From positions 1 through 19,885 of the forward strand of contig JBJCIZ010001342.1 in the NCBI GenBank assembly GCA_051294375.1: a DNA stretch of 19,885 bases, in the 5' to 3' direction. The notes below the pieces were generated by a model. That model was given only the letters and a program-made list of their open reading frames with translations. It ran no database searches and had not been told where the DNA came from. Position 1 is the stretch's first letter. The number at the start of each line of letters is the position of its first letter. The translations under genes and the position numbers were made by a program. Source of the DNA: Paraspadella gotoi (lineage: Eukaryota; Animalia; Chaetognatha). Positions 10,290 through 19,885 of this stretch are shown in pieces.

Positions 10290-10745
10290 AGATGGGGAGT
10301 GGAGGGTGAAGAGATAAGAAGCAGAACGAAGAGACAGGTGGGAAAAAGTTGAGTGCGCGATTCGCGACGGCGAGAGGGTTCCGAGAATAAGACACGACGG
10401 AAGCGGGAAAGCGGGGGGGAAAGTAGAATAAAACCTCAGGGGGAGCCGAAGGGGATGAGAAGCGGTAAAGAGAAGATATAAGAAGTGATAAGTAGGAAAG
10501 GAAGCAAGGATGTAGGAGCGAAGCACTTAACGATTGATAAGCATGAAGACTCGGAGGAGAGGGAGGAAGACGAGGACAAGAACAAGAAAGGAGGGAGAAC
10601 GAGGGGAAAGGGGGAAGGAAGTCGCGGACGACCGTAAATGACTTTGTAAAACTCCGGGAGAAGAAATGAAAGCACCATGAAGGGAGGCAAAGGGGGAGAG
10701 CGCAACTCAAAGAATGAGGATCATGAAGGGAGGAAAGGGACGAGC
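10290..10745. repeat. Purine-rich low-complexity region
   Basis: GGA/GAA/AAG-dominated; gives S/P/L/F-rich antisense ORFs. Confidence 0.65.
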
Positions 10746-11984
10746 TAGAGATGTTCTCTGAACAGACGAGATACGCGTAACAAGGGAACGAGTAACACTC
10801 TCGGGGGGGAAAACTGTCAGAGGAAATGACTCGACGATTACGTCTCTCCTCCTATTCCCCTTTTTCCTCTCTTAACAATAGGATTGCCAACCACGCAGGA
10901 AAAAAAAACAAAAATATGCAAGTCCCCAGATCGCCGGATATTTCATTAGTTAATCTTTCTAAAAATAAATTACGAGAGAAGCCTACGTTAGACGTTTACG
11001 TAACTTGGACAGGCGGCCCGGGTAGCGGAAATAACTCATAAACTTGTCAACTCACCGTTGTGCAATATCTATATCATCATGAAGATCGCCAGTGGATGTC
11101 TACTTGTTTCTTGGCCTCTTTTTCATTCCTGCCCGACAATAGCATCTTCCATAAGCCGCGAGCGATCGTTCTAAAAACGCTCTTTAGCCTCTACTTTTTC
11201 TTTCTTATCTCTCGCCTCCTTGTTTCTGTATCTTTCCCTACTTTTTCAACTAGAGAAAATTTTTCTTTCTGGACATTATCGCTGAACCTCGTTGCATAAA
11301 AGCGAATAAAAAAGCAGATAAAGAGCGAAGAAACACAAAAAACTAAAAAAAAAAATTGACGCGACTAAATGTAACTCTAGTACGACGCTTCAAAGAGCAA
11401 AAGTATTTACTTTCAGTTCCAGTCGCTGATAAAAATATATTTATAAACGAAAGAAAATTTGAACCGGACTATAAAGCCAAGAAATAACTCCCTGAAAAAG
11501 AATCTCGCCAAAGCAAACAAAAAAAAACCCTAGCAAAAAAATAACTTTTTTTTTTCTCAGGACGAGAGAAATCGGTTTTTTTTCTTTTTCGCTTCCAGGC
11601 GAACGTTTAGCGACGGGCGAACTTTTGCCACCAGGATGACCAACTTCCACCCCGAAAAACAATTTTTGTACTCGTTCGGGTTCACAAAATAAACCCAGAA
11701 AAATCTGTGTAGATTCAAAGGGGGGCGAGGGTGGGGGGAAAGAAGGGAAGAAGAGAAGAAATAGGGAAAGAGTAAGATATGGAAACGAAAAAGCAAAAGA
11801 AAAGCACGATAAAGTACAACCACATAGAAGAACGAAGAAAGAAACTAACAGAAAAAAGAAAACAAAGAATCATACCATGCAAGACAAAGCGGAAGACAGA
11901 AAAAATACAAGAAAGAAGAAGAAAGAGGCGAACAGTCTAACACACAAAAAGAAACATCAGACGCGCGAACATAAAACAATAAGA

Positions 11985-12545
11985 AGGGGGGGGCCGACGG
12001 CATGGCGGCGGTAGACAAGAAACAGAAGCAAGACAACAAAAAGCGGGCGGGGGGGGGGGGGAGAATGGGGGAGGGGAGTGAAAAAAAAGGAAAAAAGAAA
12101 GAAGAAAGGCGCGGGGGGATGAGCTCGGGTGGACGGGGGGAAGGGGGTGGGGGGGGAGGTGGCGGGGCCCGAGTGGTGGCGGAAACAAGAAAGGGGAGGG
12201 TAGGGGGGGGGAGGAGGAGGCGGGGGGTGGGGAGCAAGGGGGGGGGAGAGGGCGGCGGGGAGGGGGGGCGGGGGGGAGGCGGGGGCAGGAAGTAACAGGG
12301 GGGGTCGCGGGGGGGGGGGTAGGATGCATGGGGGAAGGTCAGGGGGATCGGGGAGGGCACGCGACCGGCAAATGTACTGAGAAAGAGGAGCAGGGGGGGG
12401 GAAAACAAGAATAAAGGGGGCTGAAGGGACACGAAGAATACAGCAAAGGCGAGGTGTTGGGGTGGAGGAGGAGCGGAAGGGGGGGCGGAAGGCAGGATGC
12501 GTCGGGAGGGCGGCGTGAGAGGGCCCGTAACGCGAGGGGGGGCAT
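11985..12545 (+). other. Poly-G-run region with G-quadruplex-forming potential
   Basis: Dozens of G3+ runs with short loops (e.g. 12135-12167, 12193-12285), matching (G3+N1-7)4 many times. Confidence 0.75.
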
Positions 12546-12741
12546 GAATGGCGACTCCGTGCTATCGCCGGCCGGGCGAGTGACCGGCGACGGCGGGGCC
12601 AGTCTCCGCGCACAGCGGTCGGAGCGCCACTATGTCCTCCAGTCGCACCCGGACCACCCCTCATATATGCGTTCTATTTAGTTGTCACGCATCGTCACCC
12701 TTTAACCTCCGTTGAGCCCCCACTGTCGCGTTCGCGCTCCA

Positions 12742-13155
12742 GAGGGGGCGACTGGGAGGAGGGGGATGGCGCGGGGACGGGCAGCAACGCAGCCCGACTT
12801 CCTCCACACTCGTGCTGCGGGGGGGGGGGGGTGACAGTCATACCTGGCGAGGCCCGGCCAAACTCGGGAGACGCGGCGGCTGGTGGAGGGGCGAGGTCCA
12901 CCACTAGCAAAGACACCGAACAGAAAAGAAAAATAAAAAAGAGCTAAACGAGAGGGCAGGGGGGGGGGCGGGGGGCGGGGAGCGCGCGGCACAGAAGAGT
13001 AGGGCGGGGGAGTGGGAGAGGACATAACGCGCGCTGAACGGGAGGTCGCGGGGGGCGACGGGGGAGGGGAGGAGGGGGGAGAGGGGGAAAAATGCGGGGG
13101 AGGGGGGAACGGGGGCGGGGGGGGAGGGCGGCGACAACAATACCACAAAGGGGGG
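12742..13155 (+). other. Second poly-G-run region with G-quadruplex-forming potential
   Basis: G-run clusters at 12742-12780, 12818-12831 and 12954-13130, split by an A-rich stretch at ~12905-12950. Confidence 0.7.
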
Positions 13156-13201
13156 AAGTGAGACTCAGAAACGAAGAAAACTAAGAAAGTCGACAAAGGA
13201 T

Positions 13202-13355
13202 AAAAAGAAAGAAAAGAAAGAATGAAAGAAAGAAAAAGAGAAGAAAGAAAAAAAGAAAGAAAAAGATAAAAATGTAAGAAAAGAAAGAAAAGAAAGAAAG
13301 ACAAGAAGAGAAAGAAAGAGGGAGAGAGAAGGAGAGAAGGAAGAGAGCAAAGAAA
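13202..13355. repeat. Imperfect (AAAG)n repeat
   Basis: AAAG units grading into GAGA. Confidence 0.88.
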
Positions 13356-13857
13356 CGTTTGGTTTGGAATGAGTAGAAATGGTAAGGACGGGCGAAGCGG
13401 AAAGGTAAGAAAAAAGTCACTAGTGGACAGTGTTGAAATAGGAATCGATTTGAGCGAACGCAATGGATGAACGAAAATACACCACCCCATACAACTCTTA
13501 CCGCCAGACGATACACTGCACGAATCCGAATACGATCACAGATATGACCCATTCGACTACGAACGCATATGAACGAACAAAAGGAACAAGTTTTGCCGAA
13601 CAGGAGAAAATAAAGGAAAATGATGTCGGGGAAGGCGTCGCTGGTGGGAAATATCCGCGGATACATAACGAAAAATCGAGAGAGACAAAAGCAGGGAGAA
13701 GCGTAATGAGAAGAGAAGGAGGGAAGAGGAGAGAGAAGGAAATGCAGGAGGGAGGAGGGAGCGCAGAGGGAGGTGGGAGATGAAATGAATAAAAAAAAGG
13801 AAGTAGACATGAAATATGATAATTATAGGAGAGAGAAATAGGAAAGAATAACGGAGA

Positions 13858-14010
13858 GAAGGAAAGAAAGAAAGGCAAAGAAAGAAATGAAAGAAAAGAA
13901 AGACAAGAAGATAAAGAAAGAAATAAGAAAGAAAGGAAAAAAAGAAAAGGAAAAAAAGAAAGAAGGAAGAAATTAAGAATAAGAAAGAAAGAAGAAAAAA
14001 CAAAAAAAAG
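13858..14010. repeat. Imperfect (AAAG)n repeat
   Basis: AAAG/AAGAAA units with A-runs. Confidence 0.88.
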
Positions 14011-14091
14011 ACAGGCGAGAGAGGAAAGGAGGATAGAAAAACGAGAGATTATTGAGATTTATGGGTCGGAACATTTTTTTTCCTGGCGTCA

Positions 14092-14153
14092 ACGACGACG
14101 ACGACACGGACGACGACACGACGACAGCGACCGACGACGCACCGACGGACGCC
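14092..14153. repeat. Imperfect (GAC)n array
   Basis: ACGACGACGACGACACGGACGACGAC... Confidence 0.85.
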
Positions 14154-15077
14154 CGGTCGAAATAAGGGTGATCGAGGGGCGGCGCTAGGAAATTCGAATG
14201 GAATCATGGTTATTTCGATAAAAAAAACAAGGAAAAAACATTAAGTTGATGCAGAAATTACTTATACATATTTTTTCTCCCCATTTTTTTCTTTTTTTTC
14301 TTACATTCTTTGTCTGTAATTTTTTTCTCATTTTTCCCCTAACTTCAGCCAAAACATGCATTTGTATCAGTTATACCATTGTTTCGCCTTTATTTTCGCT
14401 TGAGTTTTTGAAACGCTCTCTACTTAATCTTTTAACTTCACTTAAATTCAATTGACTGTCCATTTACACTCTATTCTCTCACACAGCCCCTTTTTTCTCA
14501 AATCCCTCCAGTTTAACTCTCACCCAACCCCTCCATCTCTTCACGTGTAACCTACCACTTGAGCATTTCCCCCACGCCCCACGATTCGTAATAAGCATCT
14601 TCTCTTCGCACGCAGATCGACGACGACGACATTTCCGCTTTCGCCGACCCGCCATTCTTCATTCGCTTCTCAGACAAACGCTTTCTTTCTTTTTCTTTCT
14701 CTAGATTTTTTTTAACCATTTTTTGGTTAGGGAAATATAACATTTTAATCCTACAAAGCTTACTTCTGAAGAAATATCTGAGGAAGGGGTTATATTATTT
14801 GTTTTGGGGGTTTATTTTTATTGATTTACCTTCGTCGCTTAACATAGTGATACTTTGTTTACCGAAATTAGTTTGGATTACATTAGATTAGATTATATTT
14901 TGTTAATTAGATCGTTTTATCTTTAAAAATAAACTCTCTGACAAGGGAGAGCTTCTATGATTCTCTCTTTATTAATTATTTATTTATTAATAATTTATGT
15001 CGTCGCCTAAATATGATCTTCAAAATTTGAACAATGACTCATAGAGTCACTTCGATTCTTTCCTCCCTGTCACTTAC

Positions 15078-15151
15078 CTTCTATTTTCCGATCTTTTCTC
15101 CATAACACTTACCTTCTCTTTACCCTCGACCCTGGACGCCACGGCACCGAT

Positions 15152-15182
<31 letters not shown>

Positions 15183-15341
15183 ACGCACGACGACGGCCGA
15201 CGGACGCCGACACGCGCGACGACGACGACCGACGCCCGACGACGACGATGACGACGCCCCACGTAGTAAACGATTTTATTTCTCGATGGCGGTCGTATTC
15301 CACGACGACTCGGTTCTGAAAACGCATCGTTGACGCGCCGC
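15078..15341 (-). CDS. Candidate - strand exon with two alternative donors (ends 15113 or 15078), unknown product
   Basis: On -: TGCTAAC branch-like motif, then TTACCCCGACTTACCTCAG|G (exon starts 15341); AAG|GTAAGTG donors at 15112 and 15077; two frames are stop-free from the acceptor to a donor. Openness is partly due to the GTC repeat. Confidence 0.2.
15128..15259. repeat. Imperfect (GAC)n array with (GACGACGCC)~4 core
   Basis: 9-mer GACGACGCC tandem at 15152-15186 inside a longer degenerate GAC run. Confidence 0.88.
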
Positions 15342-15405
15342 CTGAGGTAAGTCGGGGTAAGTTAGCAGACAGATAAAAGAAGTTGGTTATAGCTTACGAA
15401 AAAGC

Positions 15406-15496
15406 ATTATTTATTATTTATTTATATATTATTATTATTATTATTATTGTTATATATTATTATTATTATTATTATTATTATATTATTATTATATTA

Positions 15497-15528
<32 letters not shown>
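15406..15528. repeat. Imperfect (ATT)n microsatellite
   Basis: About 120 bp of ATT/TTA units. Confidence 0.93.
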
Positions 15529-16524
15529 CAGTTCTTAAGGAAATTTGTACCAATCAATTATATTATGTGTTATTTATGTTTGGATAATGCTTCCCCTTTG
15601 ACCTCACGACCCGCCAAGGTGGACTGGTAGGATCGAAAAGGCGACGGGTTGTGGGCCGCCGATTCGTCCGTCTTTCATCTCCACGTGAAGGCTTCAACGG
15701 TCGTGCGTCACGCCGCGGTGGAGGCGAAGAGAGTTCGGAGTCGGAGGTATGAGGTTGGTTGCCGTCGCGCTGTCGAAGGAGGCGCGCCACTTGCGTGGGG
15801 AGGCACTATTTTAAATGTATTTCCTATATATTTACCAAATATAATATGCCGTTTACCTGTAGACGAGCGTCTGATACTCCCGACGGAAACGTCGCCTCTC
15901 ATTTTAAATTGAAACATAAGAGACCAGACGACGGAGGGGCCTTCGTCAAAGATGCGGCGCCATTTCCGTGCAATCACCATTGGAGGACCGGGAACTCTGG
16001 AAATGTGATATTGGGATTGAAGGGGCGAAAGAGCAAGTTGCGATTTAAGAATCTTTATTTGCAATATGTTAATATCAACTTGAATTCAATTTAAAAGAAG
16101 GAAGGCAACCACTACTGCCACAGACCGCGCTTGTTACCCCCACAAACCACAACCACCACCACTTTTCCACCTGCGAAAGTGTCGCCCTCGATCACGTGAA
16201 TGATGTATGTCGTCATCGTTCGATTCATTTTCTCTCCGTCGAGAAACAAACAAGATTCGTCTCTGAAGGTAATTATTTATAAACCAGAGTTTTTACTTTT
16301 ATCCGGTTACCAAACTAAATAATCTAATTTTGTGATAGTTTTAGTTAAACTCTATAAAAAAAGTTGTCATTGGGACTTCACCTCCTTTGGCTTCCTTAGT
16401 CGTAAAATGAATGAACGTACGGGACGGTTCGAAACCCGAAAACCTTTTTTTGCTTGTCTTCTCTCATTCCGCGAAATTCCCCGTTCAAGAACGGGGAAAA
16501 ATAAGGTGAGATTTATTGGGAGCG

Positions 16525-16568
16525 TCTCTCTCTCTCGGCTCTTTCTCTCTGGCTCCTTTCTCTCTCTC

Positions 16569-16630
<62 letters not shown>

Positions 16631-16642
16631 GGCTCTCTCTCT
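16525..16642. repeat. (CT)n microsatellite
   Basis: Long near-perfect CT run with GG interruptions; source of the poly-SL and poly-RE ORFs. Confidence 0.95.
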
Positions 16643-16858
16643 GGACGACGGCAATTACCGTATAGGCGTGACCTTTTCGTGAAAAGTTCCAACGTCATAA
16701 ATTTGGCTGCATTCCATCTTGGGTCCATTGGTGGCATCTGAGTCAACTCCTCTCGGCTCTTCGCATGCCCAAAAAGTCATGAATGAGTGACCCCAACTTT
16801 CATGGAATGATCTTGATTGAGAAACCAATAGCCGAGTCGTAAAAACCAAATGGCGTTA

Positions 16859-16863
16859 TCTCT

Positions 16864-16902
<39 letters not shown>

Positions 16903-16940
16903 CTCTCTCCTCTCTTCTCTCTCTCTCTCTCTCTCTCTCT
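16859..16940. repeat. (CT)n microsatellite
   Basis: About 80 bp near-perfect CT run. Confidence 0.95.
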
Positions 16941-17189
16941 TACCTACGGCGCCCGCAAGGCGTTTTTGTCGCAGCGCCGACCCGATATCCGCCTACTCTT
17001 TGCGCGGTAACGCAAGCTGAATGAAAACACAATACCATATTTATTACGTTACATTACTAAGAACTGACATCTACAGTACAGTACCACCAAAACACGTACA
17101 CAACGTATTTATGCCTTCGTTTATTGTATTTTTTAAAAGCAAATAGCAGCAAAGCCAATCAACACTAAAAGACCCAGCCCCTCACATTG

Positions 17190-17775
17190 CCCACTGACGC
17201 ATCTCTCCGCCTCCGCCGAACAAATCGGCCGCGAGGATCTCGCAGTCAGACGCTTGCACGCAGTATCGGATTCAACGACGGACGAACTCGCAAAGACGAG
17301 CGACGATTTCTCGTGCGTCCGAACTTTGGACGAAGACTAAACTTTGCCTCGGGAGAAACAAAGAGAACAACAGAAGCTCGCGACGCGACGGATGTAGTCG
17401 CCGTCAGCGGCGTTGACAGACTCTGTCTGCGACGCCGTCTCCGGCGAACACGGGCTTGAGCGACGCCGACCGTCATTCCTCGGTCTCCCACTTTTCACGA
17501 TTGAAAGGCGCCGACTTGTTCTCTTGCAGCGCCGTCGACCGCCGCGAAAACGGCGATTCATCGAGGACGCCGTCTCGGCCTAAGTCGAAGACGATGCGTT
17601 GTCTGTTCCATTGTCGGTTTCGAAAACAGACGCGCTCCACAGGAAGAAAAAACGCGCGCTTCCCGGCACGGCGCCGTCGTGAAGTTCGGCGCGGTTCCGC
17701 GAGAGGCCGGGCGTCCGCGAGAACTACGTCGTCAGACTTATATCGGGGAATCGGGTCCTGGAAGGGCTGTCAGCG
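17190..17775. other. GC- and CpG-rich island-like segment
   Basis: Dense CG dinucleotides (CGACG, CGCCG, CGCG) with AT-rich flanks; overlapping R-rich ORFs with no recognisable domain. Confidence 0.55.
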
Positions 17776-18636
17776 TTGATTACAAAAACATAAACTTTTT
17801 CAAAACGAAGCTAAATAGAGAAAAATATTTTTGCCACGAGACACACAGACGGAGAAGAAAACGTTTGCTCGAAGTTCCGTCGTTCAATTTAAATGACAGT
17901 GCGAGGGAAAATTCTCCGCGTCGTTTCTGAACGAACTTCTCGTTAAAGTTTATCGTTTTTATACTTTGGTTAAATCACGTCATGTACACGGCGTTTTAAA
18001 TTTTAAGCGCCTAATACTCATATTTGCTTCGCTCGATTCCGTCTCGCGCCGACCACCATGTGTGCGGACGGATGTAATGGAATTTCAGGCGCAACATGGC
18101 GTCCCATCTCGCTTTGCCTTTAAAATATAAAACTGCGACTCGCGAATATTTTCTTAACAAATCACGTACAACGGCGCACGTTTAATTAAAATAATTCATT
18201 TAGTTTTTAGTACTTTTTCTAAGCCTCAAAATCTTTTATGAATATTTAGTCAATCTCATTTTCGGGGCAGCACATGTACATCGTTTACATTGAAGACACT
18301 GGAAATGGATGGGTAGAGACGAAACTCACCCTGGAGGCCAGCTGAATTGAGTTGAGTTCGCACAAGGAGAGTCTCTTTTTGGCAAAAGGAGTTAAAGAGC
18401 CACACGTACCGTCCGGTCAGGAGAACCGCAGGCCACGTACCAAAAGTGGGTCAGCGTAGACGACATCTGAGACCGCAATTTTTTGCCGCGTTTCCTTGAC
18501 GGCGGGTTACGATAATTTACCAGTCTTTTTTCCGTCTGTTTTTTCAACGCTTTATAATTTATATTTTTTTAAAAATTTTGTTTTAGTGGTTTTAAAATAT
18601 TTTGGGTAACGGTTTATTCGTACATTTATTTTCCAA

Positions 18637-18720
18637 CTTTTTCTTTTTCCTTCCTTTCTTCCTTCCTTCATTGCTTTCCTTTCTCTTCTTTTCCCTTTCC
18701 TTCCTTCCCTTGCCTTCCTC
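18637..18720. repeat. Imperfect (CCTT)n repeat
   Basis: CCTTCCTTTCTTCCTTCCTT... Confidence 0.8.
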
Positions 18721-19885
18721 ACCGACAAAGACGTCGTTCCACGCCACACTTTAACCTGAAGCGGGTCGACTCGTCTCCAGTACCGAGCAGTAGGTGACGC
18801 GAACACCACCGCCCCCCCCCCAAAGTCCGCCCTCACCCCACGGAACGTTCTTCCAAGCTGCCGTGGAGAAGCAAGCCGCGGGACGGTACTTCGTCGTCGT
18901 CGTACATCGCCCAATGCCCCCGTCGATGAGACGGGAGGGGTCTTGAAGCCCTGCAGAGACCGAGCGAGGTGGGGGTGATACCGCAATGAGGTTGAGAGGA
19001 GCGTGGCATGAAGGGATGGAGAAAGCGGACGAGGGGACGGATAGAGAGAGATGGACCATACGAAAGAAGAGCATGGCCTATATATAGACCATGTCGATTT
19101 GTGGAGCTACATAAGTTTTTCTCAACCTAATCAGCAGGACCAAAAATTGGCAAAAAAAACACAAAAAAAACAAAAAACAGAAACCCATTAAAAATCAAGG
19201 AAAACAAGAGACGGAATTATCGGTTCTACTTTTTTTCTGTCCGCCTTTTTTGTTCGCATCCAAATTTTCCCTGATAGTCCAATCCAACGCGATTTCTTTT
19301 TTATTTTTTTTTTGTTTCCTTTTTTTTCTTTTTTTTTTACTATCAATTTTTTCTATTGTTTTCATTTCTTTCTTTCATTTTTTCTATTTTACCCTGAAGC
19401 AATGAATACGATGAGAGAAAATGAATACTACATCTCCTTGGCTCTCAATCTTCTTTCGGTTCTTTCAAACATCTGCCGAACAATAATAGAGATAAAAGAA
19501 AAGCAAAAGACAAAATTTCGATTTCCTTTTTGACAAGAAATTTTATTAGGAAGCTCTTTCGATATTAATCTCGTTTCCCACCATTTGGCGCAAACAGCGT
19601 TATTTCCATGGTTCGTCATAGGACAGGGTGATTCTGGTGTTTGTGATATTACTTTACTTTCAAATTTCCTCTTTTTTATAAGATCTATCTCAATTATTCT
19701 GACCTTGGAGGTGTCACTGACGTGCAGAGGGAATCGCCAGCGCCTAGTTTTGGACAATCCAACGGTCGATGGCAACTCGGAGTCGGACAGGAGACATTCT
19801 CAAAAAATAAAATTTAAACTAAAAAGTGTAATATAATCGGATGGGATAAATATAAATCAAATACAAATTTACAAGAGAAATACCT

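Noticed and set aside
11845-13490. Proline-rich - strand ORFs (formin/extensin-like) and Gly-rich + ORFs
   Set aside because: Open in several overlapping frames because of poly-G/C and few stops; no flanking domain or codon periodicity.
13463-13783. 106-aa ATG-initiated ORF
   Set aside because: No recognisable family; the C-terminal half is purine low complexity.
6970-16380. TTGGGACTTCA at 6970 and 16370
   Set aside because: An isolated 11-bp match is expected by chance in 20 kb; flanks do not align.
16389-16438. Pol III B-box-like GGTTCGAAACC (16426-16436) suggesting a tRNA or SINE
   Set aside because: No proper T-stem or cloverleaf; the putative A-box is poor and too close.
16332-16746. 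Poly-SL and poly-RE ORFs
   Set aside because: Direct translation of the CT/GA microsatellite.
1-19885. CRISPR array, rRNA, operon, transposase or reverse transcriptase
   Set aside because: No regular repeat-spacer pattern, no conserved rRNA motifs, no gene-dense layout and no catalytic motifs in any listed ORF.

Overview
Eukaryotic-looking, mostly non-coding, repeat-rich window. I recognise no protein family, RNA gene, CRISPR array or intact mobile element. About 1-4.1 kb is very AT-rich. The rest is a mosaic of CpG-rich patches and simple repeats: (TA)n, (TG)n, (CT/GA)n, (AAAG)n, (GAC)n, (ATT)n, (CCTT)n, plus a long G/A-rich, T-poor block at ~11.7-14.0 kb. Almost all listed ORFs are by-products of these repeats. 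High CpG with many GA/CT and GAC repeats fits an invertebrate, possibly insect, genome (inference only). Frequent 1-bp breaks in the repeats and inflated homopolymers suggest error-prone or even synthetic sequence. The best structured signals are a self-consistent spliced + strand model at 871-1437, a GAC array bracketed by duplicated outward-facing GTAAGT donors with a - strand exon candidate (15071-15367), and seven CGGAA(C/G)TG motifs confined to the first 5.2 kb. I cannot support a novel biological system from the sequence alone; all findings are hypotheses.
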